Positions 54,735-64,000 of a stretch of DNA of 64,000 nucleotides are shown in pieces. Made by a program: the position numbers and the translations under genes. This DNA comes from Candidatus Daviesbacteria bacterium. Its GTDB lineage: Bacteria > Patescibacteriota > Microgenomatia > Daviesbacterales > UBA10151. The notes under the pieces are model-generated. The model worked only from the letters and a program-made list of their open reading frames with translations. It had not been told where the DNA came from and did not search any database. Where the stretch lies: positions 94,616 to 158,615 of the forward strand of contig JACPKL010000010.1 of the NCBI GenBank assembly GCA_016187035.1, in the 5' to 3' direction. How positions within the stretch are numbered: position 1 is the stretch's first letter; every line of letters starts with the position of its first letter.

Positions 54735-56954
54735 ATGATACCTACTAAACTTAAACTATCCAATTTCACATCATATGGGGAAAACCCTCCGGAGTTGGAC
54801 TTTACCAAATTTAAACTGGCTGCTATTTCAGGCCTTAACGGAGCCGGTAAATCCTCTCTTTTGGATGCCATTACCTGGTGTGTCTGGGGCACTTCTCGGG
54901 CTGGAGATTCTGCAGATTCTCTAATACATCTTGGAAAAGACAGTATGCAGGTTGAATTTTCCTTTAAACTGGACACCCATACATACACTGTCAAACGAAA
55001 ACGTTCCAAAAAAGGTGGTGGTTCAACTAGTCTGGAGTTATGGTCAAACTCTCATAACTTGACTGAAGGCACTATCAAAACAACCCAAGAGAAAATCATC
55101 CAAACCCTACATTTAACTTTTGAAACTTTTACCAATTCCTCTTACCTTAGGCAAGGACATGCAGATGAATTTACTACTAAAGGACCAACTGACCGAAAAA
55201 GAATCCTAGCAGACATTTTAGGATTGGACCATTATGATAAGTTAGAAGAAAAGGCTAAAGAAAAAGCAAAAGAGTCTCAAACCAAATTACAACTTTTAGA
55301 TTATCAGCTGCTGGAAATTGAAGCAGAGCTTTCTCAGAAAGAAGAAAGAGAAAAATCCTTATTCTTAAAAGAAACAGAGGCAAAAAAAGTGGAAGCAGAG
55401 CTTCTAGAAGTTGAAAGATTAATTAAAACTATCCAAGAGGAACATCAAACTATATATTCTACTGTTAAATCTTTTGCAGAAAAAAGGATCCAAATAGAGA
55501 AAGTAAAAAAAGAGTTGGAAGATACTAATTTACAAATTTCCCTTAAAGAAAAGGCAAAACAGGAATTTCAAGACGTCTTAGAACAAAAACAAGTGATAGA
55601 AACCAATTATCAAAAGTTGCAAAGACTTGAGCAGGAAAAGAGTGAATTAGAGATAAAACGGTCGAGCCTTTTAAAGGTTAGGGACGAACTGGCAGCCGTC
55701 CAAAAAATTTTAATCAGCAGAGAAGAAAAAAGACAGATCACTATCAAAAACTTAGAAATAGAAATAAAAAAATTAGAAACTGAGAACGAACAATTACAAA
55801 ACCAAAACAATCATCTGAAATCCCACAAAAATACTTGCCCTACTTGTAACCAAACAATCGGTAAAGATAGAAATGAGCAAATTTCATCTAAAAATAAAGC
55901 ATCTATAGATAAAAATGAGCTTCGAATTACAGAGTTGCAGGAAAAATCACAAAAATACCAATCTGTCGTATTACCTGAGCAGATTCAAGCTAGTGATTTA
56001 GAAAAACAGGTTAAGATTTTAGACAACCAGACAAAACACTATCCCCAAATCAAGGATCAAATCTTTCAGTTAGATAAATATCAAAATCTATATATCAAAC
56101 TTCAACAGGCAGAGATCGGGGTCAAAACCCACCAAGAAGCTATCCTGGATTTAAAGAGGATCTACGACAGCAAAGATCAACACTTAAAAGACGGGCAAAA
56201 GGAATTAGAAGGATTAGAAGGATTAGAAAATAAATTAAAAGAAGTCCAAAAAAAATTATTCTCTAAGGAAGCTGTTAAGATGGAATTATCTCGGAAAGCA
56301 TTAGAGTTAAGCAGCATTGTTGGTGAAGCTAAGCAATTAGTTTCCCAATCTGAGCAACTGGAAAAATTGGCTAGCCAAAAACAGGCAGATAAACATAATT
56401 TACAAAAGGAAAAAGAGATTTTTGAGGAGTTATCTTTGGCTTTTGGCAAAAAAGGCATCCAGGCAATGATTATTGAAGCAGCAATTCCGGAAATTGAGGA
56501 GGAGACAAATCAGTTGTTAGGAAGATTGACAGAAGACAGAATGAAAGTTACTTTGCAGACTCAAAGAGAAGCCAAGACTAAAATAGCTGGCGGAGAAAAA
56601 GGGATTGTGGAGACTTTGGATATTATTATTTCTGATGAGATGGGAGAAAGAGCTTATGAGCTATATAGTGGCGGCGAGGCTTTCAGGGTAAATTTTGCTA
56701 TCAGGCTGGCTATCTCTAAATTATTAACTCACAGGGCTGGGGCCAAACTGCAGTTTTTAGTAATTGATGAAGGGTTTGGCTCACAAGATACACCAGGCAG
56801 GGCAAAGCTGGTTGAAGCCATAGATACCATTAAAGATGATTTTGAAAAAATTTTGGTTATCACCCATATTGAGGAACTTAAAGAAGAATTCCCGGTCAGG
56901 ATTGAGGTGTCTAAAAATTCTATGGGTTCCACTTTTGAACTAATAGGTATTTAA
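54735..56954 (+). CDS. sbcC: exonuclease SbcC (Rad50-like ATPase)
   Basis: N-terminal Walker A GLNGAGKSSLLDAI, a long coiled coil with a CPTC zinc hook, and a C-terminal signature/Walker B. Confidence 0.85.
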   Translation: MIPTKLKLSNFTSYGENPPELDFTKFKLAAISGLNGAGKSSLLDAITWCVWGTSRAGDSADSLIHLGKDSMQVEFSFKLDTHTYTVKRKRSKKGGGSTSLELWSNSHNLTEGTIKTTQEKIIQTLHLTFETFTNSSYLRQGHADEFTTKGPTDRKRILADILGLDHYDKLEEKAKEKAKESQTKLQLLDYQLLEIEAELSQKEEREKSLFLKETEAKKVEAELLEVERLIKTIQEEHQTIYSTVKSFAEKRIQIEKVKKELEDTNLQISLKEKAKQEFQDVLEQKQVIETNYQKLQRLEQEKSELEIKRSSLLKVRDELAAVQKILISREEKRQITIKNLEIEIKKLETENEQLQNQNNHLKSHKNTCPTCNQTIGKDRNEQISSKNKASIDKNELRITELQEKSQKYQSVVLPEQIQASDLEKQVKILDNQTKHYPQIKDQIFQLDKYQNLYIKLQQAEIGVKTHQEAILDLKRIYDSKDQHLKDGQKELEGLEGLENKLKEVQKKLFSKEAVKMELSRKALELSSIVGEAKQLVSQSEQLEKLASQKQADKHNLQKEKEIFEELSLAFGKKGIQAMIIEAAIPEIEEETNQLLGRLTEDRMKVTLQTQREAKTKIAGGEKGIVETLDIIISDEMGERAYELYSGGEAFRVNFAIRLAISKLLTHRAGAKLQFLVIDEGFGSQDTPGRAKLVEAIDTIKDDFEKILVITHIEELKEEFPVRIEVSKNSMGSTFELIGI

Positions 56955-56968
56955 GCTACAATGGTCTC

Positions 56969-57340
56969 ATGTTACTAAAAATTATTTCTGCTCTGATTTG
57001 CTGGGGGGCTTTTACCCTGGCTATTATCAAAATTCCTTATCCTGAGACTCTAAGCCAAGCTAATATTATTCAATTACTGGCCTTATTTATCCCATTATTT
57101 GTAGCTATTACTTTCACTTTTAATATTTTCCTAAAAAATATTTTTGTTTCCGGTTCTATATCTTTGGGTTTAATTTTTTTACTTATTCTCAAATCCCTGG
57201 ATTCACTCAATGCAGTTACAGGTATTTTAATCATAATTATTATGTATTTACTGATAAGCTACTTTAAGAAAAAGAAAGGGGGCAGTTTGACTAAATGGCC
57301 AAAAATCCCTAAACTTACAAGACTTAAGAAAAAATCATGA
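56969..57340 (+). CDS. small polytopic membrane protein, hypothetical
   Basis: 3-4 TM helices. Overlaps the metG start by 4 bp. Confidence 0.35.
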   Translation: MLLKIISALICWGAFTLAIIKIPYPETLSQANIIQLLALFIPLFVAITFTFNIFLKNIFVSGSISLGLIFLLILKSLDSLNAVTGILIIIIMYLLISYFKKKKGGSLTKWPKIPKLTRLKKKS

Positions 57341-58743
57341 ATAAATATTACATAACTAGCACTTTACCTTATGTTAATGCCGAACCGCATTATGGCTTTG
57401 CTATGGAAATAGTACAGGCAGATATTGTTGCTAGGTATCATAGATTAATCGGTGATGAAGTTATTTTTAATACCGGCACAGATGAACATGGTATAAAAAT
57501 TTATAGAGCCGCATTAAAACAAGGAAAGAATTCTCAAGATTACGTTGATGAATATGCAGCTAAGTTCGATGGACTTAAACAGGCTTTAAATTTAAGTTAT
57601 ACAAATTTTTTAAGAACTAGTAGTTCACAGCATAAAAAAGCTGCACAAGAATTTTGGAGGAGGTGTTTTAACAATGGTGATATTTATAAAAAGAATTATA
57701 AAGTTAAATATTGTATTGGTTGTGAATTAGAAAAAACTGAATCGGAATTACAAAATAACAAATGCCCAATACATCCAAATTTAGAAATAGAAATAATAGA
57801 AGAAGAAAATTATTTTTTTAAATTTTCCAAATACCAAAAACGTCTTCTGGATCTATATGAAAAAAATCCTCAATTTGTATCACCGGATTTTCGCTTAAAA
57901 GAAATTAAGGAATTTGTTTCTTCTGGTTTACAGGATTTCAGTATTTCCAGGCTTAAAGAAAAATTACCATGGGGAGTCGATGTTCCAAGTGATCCAAAAC
58001 ATGTTTTCTATGTTTGGTTCGACGCGCTTGTAAGCTATATTTCCACTCTGGGCTGGCCTGATGACGAGAAAACATTTAATGATTTCTGGCCAGTCGTGCA
58101 AATGGCTGGCAAAGATAATTTAAGACAACAATCAGCAATGTGGCAAGCAATGTTAATGTCTGCAGGATTACCAAATTCTAAACAGATAATTATACATGGG
58201 TTTATTACTAATAATGGTCAAAAAATGAGCAAGAGCTTAGGAAATGTGATAGACCCCTTTGAATTAGTAAACAAGTATGGAACAGACGCTGTACGCTTCT
58301 TTATCGCCCATGATCTAAATACTTTTGAAGATAGTGATATAACAATAGAAGGAATTCACCAAAGTTATAATGCTAATTTGGCTAATGGATTGGGAAATTT
58401 AGTGGCCAGAGTTGCCAAGCTTTGTGAGAAAAACAATATTGAAGCAGATCAAAACTCTAATATCTGGTGTGCTGATTTGGAAAAGTTCATGGGGGAGTTT
58501 AAATTTAATGAAGCTATATTTGTAATCTGGCAGTTGATTACCCAAACAGATAAAAAAATTAACCAGGAAAAACCTTGGCAGGCTTCCGGTGATAAATTAA
58601 GGGAAGTTCTGCAAGACCTGGTGAAAAGAATTCAGGCTATTGGATTTAACCTGCAGCCTTTTATGCCTGAAACTGCCCAAAAAATATTAAAACAATTTTC
58701 AGGACAAATTAAATCTTCATCTCCGCTATTTCCCAGAATTTAA
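57337..58743 (+). CDS. metG: methionyl-tRNA synthetase (minimal form), HIGH motif reads HYGF
   Basis: HYGFAMEIVQADIVARYHRL (compare HLGHAYTTVAADALARYHRL), a CxxC...CPxH zinc knuckle and KMSKS. Confidence 0.85.
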   Translation: MNKYYITSTLPYVNAEPHYGFAMEIVQADIVARYHRLIGDEVIFNTGTDEHGIKIYRAALKQGKNSQDYVDEYAAKFDGLKQALNLSYTNFLRTSSSQHKKAAQEFWRRCFNNGDIYKKNYKVKYCIGCELEKTESELQNNKCPIHPNLEIEIIEEENYFFKFSKYQKRLLDLYEKNPQFVSPDFRLKEIKEFVSSGLQDFSISRLKEKLPWGVDVPSDPKHVFYVWFDALVSYISTLGWPDDEKTFNDFWPVVQMAGKDNLRQQSAMWQAMLMSAGLPNSKQIIIHGFITNNGQKMSKSLGNVIDPFELVNKYGTDAVRFFIAHDLNTFEDSDITIEGIHQSYNANLANGLGNLVARVAKLCEKNNIEADQNSNIWCADLEKFMGEFKFNEAIFVIWQLITQTDKKINQEKPWQASGDKLREVLQDLVKRIQAIGFNLQPFMPETAQKILKQFSGQIKSSSPLFPRI

Positions 58744-58786
58744 GTATTAGAGGAATTAGGAGGATTAGAAGGATTAGGGATTAAAA

Positions 58787-59602
58787 ATGTTAATTGATAC
58801 ACATGCTCATCTATACTGGGATAGCTTTAAAGAAGACTTTGATCAAGTTATCAAACGCTCTATTAAGGCTGGGGTTACCACTATTATTAATAGTGGAGTT
58901 GATATTAAATTATCACAAGCAGCAGTAGAGCTAGAATCAGAAAAAATTAAATTTTATTCTACTATTGGTATCCATCCACATGACTCTGTAAATTATTTTT
59001 CTAATTCCACTGAATCCATACATAGGGACATAGAGAGATTAAAACAAATATATCAAAATAACTCAGCTAAAGTAGTTGCTGTTGGGGAGTGTGGATTAGA
59101 TTATTTATTTGATCATGCAGGATTACTGCCCTCTCCTATATCAAAAAATCAAGCCAAGAAGTTGCAGAGGCAGCTTTTCCAAGCTCAGATTGATTTGGCA
59201 AAAAAGTTAAAGCTGCCATTAATAGTTCATTGCAGGGAAGCTTGGGATGAAGTTTTGGGGATGACTAAAGATTGGTATGGTGTTTACCATTGTTATTCTG
59301 GTCTCCCCCATAATACTAAATACATAATACATAATACTAATTTCCTGGTTTCTTTTGCAGCCAATATCACTTATCCTAAAAATGAATACTTAAGGCAAGC
59401 AGCCAAAACATTACCTTTAGAAAAAATTATTTTAGAAACAGACTCACCTTTTTTATCTCCCCAGTCAAAAAGAGGCCAAAGGAATGAACCAGCCAATGTC
59501 TTAGAAGTCGCCCAATTAGTTGCTGATATTAAAGGAGTTTCTTTAGAAGAAGTAGCCCACCAAACTAGTAAAAATGTTAAAATATTATTCAATTTAAGAT
59601 AA
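58787..59602 (+). CDS. tatD: TatD-family deoxyribonuclease
   Basis: MLIDTHAHL and conserved metal ligands, 271 aa. Confidence 0.9.
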   Translation: MLIDTHAHLYWDSFKEDFDQVIKRSIKAGVTTIINSGVDIKLSQAAVELESEKIKFYSTIGIHPHDSVNYFSNSTESIHRDIERLKQIYQNNSAKVVAVGECGLDYLFDHAGLLPSPISKNQAKKLQRQLFQAQIDLAKKLKLPLIVHCREAWDEVLGMTKDWYGVYHCYSGLPHNTKYIIHNTNFLVSFAANITYPKNEYLRQAAKTLPLEKIILETDSPFLSPQSKRGQRNEPANVLEVAQLVADIKGVSLEEVAHQTSKNVKILFNLR

Positions 59603-59608
59603 AAGTTT

Positions 59609-61384
59609 ATGCGAATTATCCTGGTCTTTTTTATTGGTTTCTTGTCATTTTTTTATCTATCTGAAATCCTGTCACGTCTGACTAAAAGTCTTCGTTATAG
59701 TATTGGAGGGATGATTTTAGCGCTATCAGGATTAATGATAGGGCTTTTTGGCCGTAATATTTTGGGCGAAAGCCTTAATATTCTAACCTCTTTTTTCTTG
59801 ATTGGATCAGGTCTTGGCCTAATATTGCATCATCTTTTATCTCAACGTTTTATTCTTTTTGAAAGAGTAGAACGGGAATTTGTCATAAAGCATGAAAGTG
59901 CTTTTGAGAGAATTTTGGAAATTCTACCTGGTAGTATAACCTGGCTTGCCTTGACCTCTCCGATTTGGTTAGCATTTACTTTACCTTATGCTGTTGCTTA
60001 TTTAATCTTAATTGCAGATGTTTACTGGTTACTTTCCGCCTTAAGGATTGGTATATTCATTTTAATTGGATTCCGAAAAATGGAACACACCAAAAAACAA
60101 AATTGGTCAAACTTATTAAAAAAAGATTTCCCAAAAGATTATCAAAAGTTTTATCACTTAGTATTAATTCCCACTTTTAAAGAAGCTCTTTATATTCTTG
60201 CTCCAACATTTGATGCTATTTTAAAATCAACTTATCCTAAAGATAGAATCTTTTTGGCAGTTGGATTTGAAGAAAGAGACGACCCTGAGAAGATTTCCCA
60301 AACAACTGATTATTTACAAAAGATTAAAGGTCAATTAGCAGGCGTTTTTACAACTATTCATCCTTTTGATCTACCTGGAGAGGTACCAGGCCAAGGTTCG
60401 AACAAAAACTGGATGATTAAACAGATTGTTCCCCAACTTCAGAAAGAAGGTATCAAACTCGAAGATATTTTTGTCACAACCCTGGATGCTGATTTTGTTA
60501 TACATCCACAATTTTTATCAGGTGCATTATATAAATATCTATCAGAACCTGATATTACCCGAGATAAACGTTCGTTTACTGGAGTATTCTTATACCATAA
60601 TAATTACTGGCAAACTCCTGCGCCAATGAGATTAATGGCATCAGGAACATCTTTTTGGCAACTAGCTGAAATGGTAGGTTCTGATAAATACATGAATTAT
60701 TCCTCTATGTCTATCTCTTTAAAAGCGCTTTTAGATATTGGCGGTTGGATACCTGATAAAGTTAACGATGATAATGGTTTTTATTGGAAAGCCTATTTTC
60801 ATTTTAATGGTGATTATAAAGTCATTCCTCATTACTTACCTATTTCCGGCGATGCTGTTCAAGACACTACTCTACTTAAGACTTTCCAAAACCAATACTT
60901 TCAAATCAAAAGGTGGGCATATGGGGTAGAACATATCCCTTATATCATCAGACAATACTTCACTAACGAAATAGACTTTTGGGATAAAACAGATAAGGTG
61001 CTTTTCAAAATTTGGGGTGATTTAAAATGGGGGTTTTTAGCTTTGTTTGTGACATTCGGCAGTTTGTTTATTCCCTTGGTCAACCCAAATTTTAGGACAT
61101 CTGTACTGTCTATAAACTTGCCGATTATCTCTTCCTGGATATTAACTATCGCATTTTTTGGATTATTTGCCACTATTTTTGTCCATGAAAAAATAGTCCC
61201 GAAAAGACCATCAAGTTGGTCCTCTTTCAAAAAAATATGGTCTTATATCCAGTGGTTATTAGTACCTATTATCTTAATTACTATTTCATCCCTTCCAGCA
61301 ATAGATGCTCAAACTTCTTTGATGTTTGGTAAAAAATTGGAGTTTAGAGTAACTAACAAAGCTCGATTACTAGAAAAGGTTTAG
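59609..61384 (+). CDS. polytopic membrane protein with a glycosyltransferase family 2-like cytoplasmic domain
   Basis: About 5 N-terminal TM helices, a GT-A-like region with a DxD (TLDADF), and C-terminal TM helices. Confidence 0.45.
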   Translation: MRIILVFFIGFLSFFYLSEILSRLTKSLRYSIGGMILALSGLMIGLFGRNILGESLNILTSFFLIGSGLGLILHHLLSQRFILFERVEREFVIKHESAFERILEILPGSITWLALTSPIWLAFTLPYAVAYLILIADVYWLLSALRIGIFILIGFRKMEHTKKQNWSNLLKKDFPKDYQKFYHLVLIPTFKEALYILAPTFDAILKSTYPKDRIFLAVGFEERDDPEKISQTTDYLQKIKGQLAGVFTTIHPFDLPGEVPGQGSNKNWMIKQIVPQLQKEGIKLEDIFVTTLDADFVIHPQFLSGALYKYLSEPDITRDKRSFTGVFLYHNNYWQTPAPMRLMASGTSFWQLAEMVGSDKYMNYSSMSISLKALLDIGGWIPDKVNDDNGFYWKAYFHFNGDYKVIPHYLPISGDAVQDTTLLKTFQNQYFQIKRWAYGVEHIPYIIRQYFTNEIDFWDKTDKVLFKIWGDLKWGFLALFVTFGSLFIPLVNPNFRTSVLSINLPIISSWILTIAFFGLFATIFVHEKIVPKRPSSWSSFKKIWSYIQWLLVPIILITISSLPAIDAQTSLMFGKKLEFRVTNKARLLEKV

Positions 61385-61385
61385 T

Positions 61386-61718
61386 ATGTTAAAATTTAGG
61401 ATGAATTATTGGCTATATTTTACCCCCTTTTTTTTAGCTTTACTGATTACTTTATTTATTGAAGTTTTTAGTAAGTTTTTACCTCCTAGGCTACCTCTTT
61501 TTTACTCACTTCCTTGGGGGGAAAAACAGCTTGCTAATAGCCAGCAATTACTGATTATTCCTGCCATTATTATTTTAGTCACACTCTGTAATGTAATTAT
61601 TTCCTGGCAACTTCATACCTCTCAAATATTTTTCAAAAGAATTTTACTTTTTTCTTCAATCCTAGTTTGCCTAATATTAACTATTACATTTCTAAAAATA
61701 ATATTAATTTTTATCTAA
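61386..61718 (+). CDS. small membrane protein, hypothetical
   Basis: 3 TM helices, 110 aa. Confidence 0.3.
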   Translation: MLKFRMNYWLYFTPFFLALLITLFIEVFSKFLPPRLPLFYSLPWGEKQLANSQQLLIIPAIIILVTLCNVIISWQLHTSQIFFKRILLFSSILVCLILTITFLKIILIFI

Positions 61719-61721
61719 AAA

Positions 61722-62771
61722 ATGGATTTTTTTCTACCTGCCACTATTTCTTTTATTATCACAGTTTTAATAATTCCTCCTACTATTAAACTTGCCAAGA
61801 AATTTAATCTAGTAGATAATCCAAAATTAAGACCTCATCCAGCTCATATACAAAACCGTATTGTCCCAAGAATTGGAGGTTTACCAATTTTCACCGCACT
61901 TTTTCTTACTATCCTGATCTTCACTCCTTTTGAAAAGGAGACAGTTGGAATACTAATTGGTTTAATTATTCTTATTATAATCGGCATAATGGATGATAAA
62001 TTTCAGAACTTATCCCCATACATTAGATTAGTAAGCCAATTCTTTGCAGCCCTAGCAATAGTCATAAGCGGAGTTGGGATAAATTTTATTACTAATCCTT
62101 TAGGAGGTATTCTTCATCTTGATATAATCGAATTCTTACCAAGTATCTTAGCGGTCTTTTGGATTGTTTGGGTAATGAATATGATTAATTGGTCAAAAGG
62201 AGTTGATGGACAAATGCCTGGAATCGTAACAGTTTCAGCCATCACTTTAGGACTGCTCTCTTTAAAACTGACTACCCAGCAAGATTTATCGCAAGAAAAT
62301 ATTGCCAAACTCTCGTTTATCACTGCAGGAAGCGCTTTTGGTTTGTTAATTTTTAACTGGCATCCAGCCAAAATTTTCCCTGGATTCTCTGGTTCAACAA
62401 TTTTAGGATTTATGTTAGCGGTTCTGGCCATTTTATCAGGGGCAAAACTAGCCACACTTGGATTAGTCCTTTTAATCCCAGCTACTGATTTTGCTTATAC
62501 TTTTTTTAGAAGAATTTTGCAGGGTAAATCACCTGTTTGGGGAGACAGAGGTCATCTGCATCACAAACTTTTAGAAAAAGGCTTTACACATCAGCAAATC
62601 TCCTTGTTTTACATTTTAGGATCTGTTATCTTAGGGGCAGTTGCACTAAATTTATCCTCGCAGGATAAATTATTTGCAGCCAGTTTAATAGCAGGAATAT
62701 TATTAGGAACTATTTTATGGCTAAATTTCTTTGGGGGTTTATCAAAGCAATCAGACCCAGACAATGGATAA
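61722..62771 (+). CDS. MraY/WecA-family polyprenyl-phosphate phospho-sugar transferase (GT4)
   Basis: MNMINWSKGVDGQMPG (NxxNxxDGxDG) and GHLHHKL motifs with about 10 TM helices. Confidence 0.7.
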   Translation: MDFFLPATISFIITVLIIPPTIKLAKKFNLVDNPKLRPHPAHIQNRIVPRIGGLPIFTALFLTILIFTPFEKETVGILIGLIILIIIGIMDDKFQNLSPYIRLVSQFFAALAIVISGVGINFITNPLGGILHLDIIEFLPSILAVFWIVWVMNMINWSKGVDGQMPGIVTVSAITLGLLSLKLTTQQDLSQENIAKLSFITAGSAFGLLIFNWHPAKIFPGFSGSTILGFMLAVLAILSGAKLATLGLVLLIPATDFAYTFFRRILQGKSPVWGDRGHLHHKLLEKGFTHQQISLFYILGSVILGAVALNLSSQDKLFAASLIAGILLGTILWLNFFGGLSKQSDPDNG

Positions 62772-63649
62772 AAAACTTTGCTGTTTTTGCAGCATTAATC
62801 TTTTCCGGAACACTACTTGATCCAACAAACCAACTTAAAAGCCTTGAAGCCTTTTTACTGTTTTGCGTTTTTTCATCAGCTACCTATCTTTTAAATGATA
62901 TTTTTGATATTGAAAGGGATAAGTTACACCCGTTTAAAAAGAAGCGGCCGATTGCTTCGGGATTAATTCCCCTGCCTTTAGCTTTAACGCTGGCACTGTT
63001 TTCAATCATCATCTCTTTGCCTCTGGCATATAGACTTTCTCCTGCTTTTTTCTTTGCCTCGCTTAGCTATTTAATTTTGCAGCTTTTTTATTCATCTTAC
63101 TTAAAACAAATTATCCTGCTTGATGTTTTAGTAATTGCTGCCGGATTTGTTTTACGGGTCTACGGCGGAGTTTGGGTCATAGATGCCCACTTAAATGTCT
63201 GGTTTTTATTATCAGTGACATCTTTTGCTCTTTTCCTTGCTATTGGAAAGAGAAGGTCTGAGAGAACTCTAATGGAGGGACAAGCACCAGCCCACCGGGA
63301 AACTTTACTTCATTATCCGGAAAATCTATTGGACAGCCTAACAGGCATGTTTGCTACTTCTGCCTGGTTAACTTATGCTTTTTTTGCTTTTTTACAACCC
63401 CCTATTCAAGCCCGCCGGGCTATTAACAATCTCTTGGGAGGGTTTGAATTACCTTTTTCTGAAGCAAAATATTTAATGGCTACTGTACCTATCGTTATTT
63501 ATGCGGTAATGAGATACTTATATATTATCTACGAGAAAAAAGAAGGCGAATCCCCGGAAAGAGTCTTGCTTTCTGACAAACCCTTGCTTGTCACTGTTAT
63601 CATCTGGACAATTTTGGTTATAGGAATTATCTATTACTTAGGAGCCTGA
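62717..63649 (+). CDS. UbiA-family prenyltransferase (decaprenyl-phosphate phosphoribosyltransferase-like)
   Basis: YLLNDIFDIERDKLHP (NDxxDxxxD) and a polytopic membrane topology. Confidence 0.75.
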   Translation: MAKFLWGFIKAIRPRQWIKNFAVFAALIFSGTLLDPTNQLKSLEAFLLFCVFSSATYLLNDIFDIERDKLHPFKKKRPIASGLIPLPLALTLALFSIIISLPLAYRLSPAFFFASLSYLILQLFYSSYLKQIILLDVLVIAAGFVLRVYGGVWVIDAHLNVWFLLSVTSFALFLAIGKRRSERTLMEGQAPAHRETLLHYPENLLDSLTGMFATSAWLTYAFFAFLQPPIQARRAINNLLGGFELPFSEAKYLMATVPIVIYAVMRYLYIIYEKKEGESPERVLLSDKPLLVTVIIWTILVIGIIYYLGA

Positions 63650-63664
63650 ATGGACATAAATGTG

Positions 63665-63674
63665 GACGATCGTA
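63665..63674. repeat. GACGATCGTA palindrome copy downstream of the UbiA-family gene
   Basis: Same ACGATCGT core as 28746-28797, 32790-32798 and 52285-52298. Confidence 0.5.
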
Positions 63675-63871
63675 TTAATGTATGGGGTAAGAACCCCCTA
63701 TTCAAGGCAGGGCCAACCAGGCAATTCTTAAAACACTGGCAGAATATTTTCAAGTCCCAATTTCCTCTGTCTCCCTGGTCTCAGGCTACACCTCCAAACA
63801 AAAAATAATTAATATTGAGGCATAAACAATTAGTTAACCAGGGCAATCTCTGAAGAAGGTTTTCCTTCAAT

Positions 63872-64000
63872 CTTTTATGTAATTAAGCCCTCTTCTTCCC
63901 AGTGAGTGAACTTTCCATACCCCTGTACCAAAAGCTAACACCACTCCAACCAGATTTCCCAAAACCAGATTTGTTCCATCCTGATCAAGTTGATTAAAGT
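63872..64000 (-). CDS. 3' end of a membrane-protein gene running off the window end
   Basis: The minus-strand frame reads ...DQDGTNLVLGNLVGVVLAFGTGVWKVHSLGRRGLNYIKD* to a stop at about 63872. Confidence 0.3.

Noticed and set aside
56200-56230. (GGATTAGAA)x3 as a possible inserted element in sbcC
   Set aside because: It encodes LEGLEG within a coiled-coil region and is plausibly native. It is kept only as a note linked to the tatD upstream array.
63650-63871. Roughly 220-bp non-coding stretch after the UbiA-family gene as a possible ncRNA
   Set aside because: No recognisable conserved ncRNA motif, and its strand cannot be assigned. It contains a TACGATCGTA-type palindrome and is probably just a spacer before the next minus-strand gene.
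1-64000. CRISPR arrays, rRNA and tRNA genes
   Set aside because: No regularly spaced direct repeats with unique spacers were seen. No intergenic spacer is long or structured enough to hold a tRNA or rRNA.

Overview
The window is a 64-kb chromosomal segment from a low-GC, streamlined bacterium, most consistent with a CPR/Patescibacteria-like lineage. That assignment is an inference from gene content: N-terminally short IF-2, PilN/PilO without any secretin, an LCP protein, a UbiA-type DPPR synthase, a 3-hexulose-6-phosphate synthase homolog, a FemAB-family protein, and many small secreted proteins. Most of it is densely packed housekeeping genes on both strands: alaS (5' end), rodZ-like, tsaC, ftsK, rnj, pnp, rpsO, infB, nusA, the hrcA-grpE-dnaK-...-dnaJ heat-shock cluster, lepA, murJ, rpsT, pilN/pilO, tpiA, trx, uvrD/pcrA, pepP, sbcDC, metG, tatD, an MraY/WecA-like transferase and a UbiA prenyltransferase. 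No rRNA, tRNA or CRISPR array was recognised.

Accessory content is concentrated in small islets:
- Four intact type II/VII toxin-antitoxin pairs (relB/dinJ-relE/yafQ-like, AbrB-type vapB-vapC on a conspicuous GC-rich islet, hicB-hicA, and mnt-hepT) plus an N-terminally truncated hicB remnant.
- A 24-bp direct repeat brackets the hicBA module together with a Cys-rich secreted protein gene.

The most unusual signal is a family of GC-rich palindromic elements with GTCATTGCGAG...CTCGCAATGAC-type termini. Copies sit in-frame inside the coding sequences of the FemAB-like protein, SbcD and UvrD, reminiscent of Rickettsia palindromic elements. Related GC-rich in-frame patches lie in pepP and grpE, and minimal hairpin versions sit immediately 5' of three consecutive start codons in the heat-shock cluster.

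Other notable items:
- A stand-alone Lon AAA+ module with neither the N-terminal nor the protease domain.
- A frameshifted dinD/Bro-N-like gene.
- An alkyltransferase-like (ATL, PWHRV) protein.
- A PNPase with a long RGG tail.
- A long RNase III-type hairpin between rpsO and pnp.
- A CIRCE-like operator overlapping the hrcA promoter.
- A coding (TACCAAC)x5 heptanucleotide microsatellite.
- A recurrent TACGATCGTA palindrome in 3' intergenic regions.
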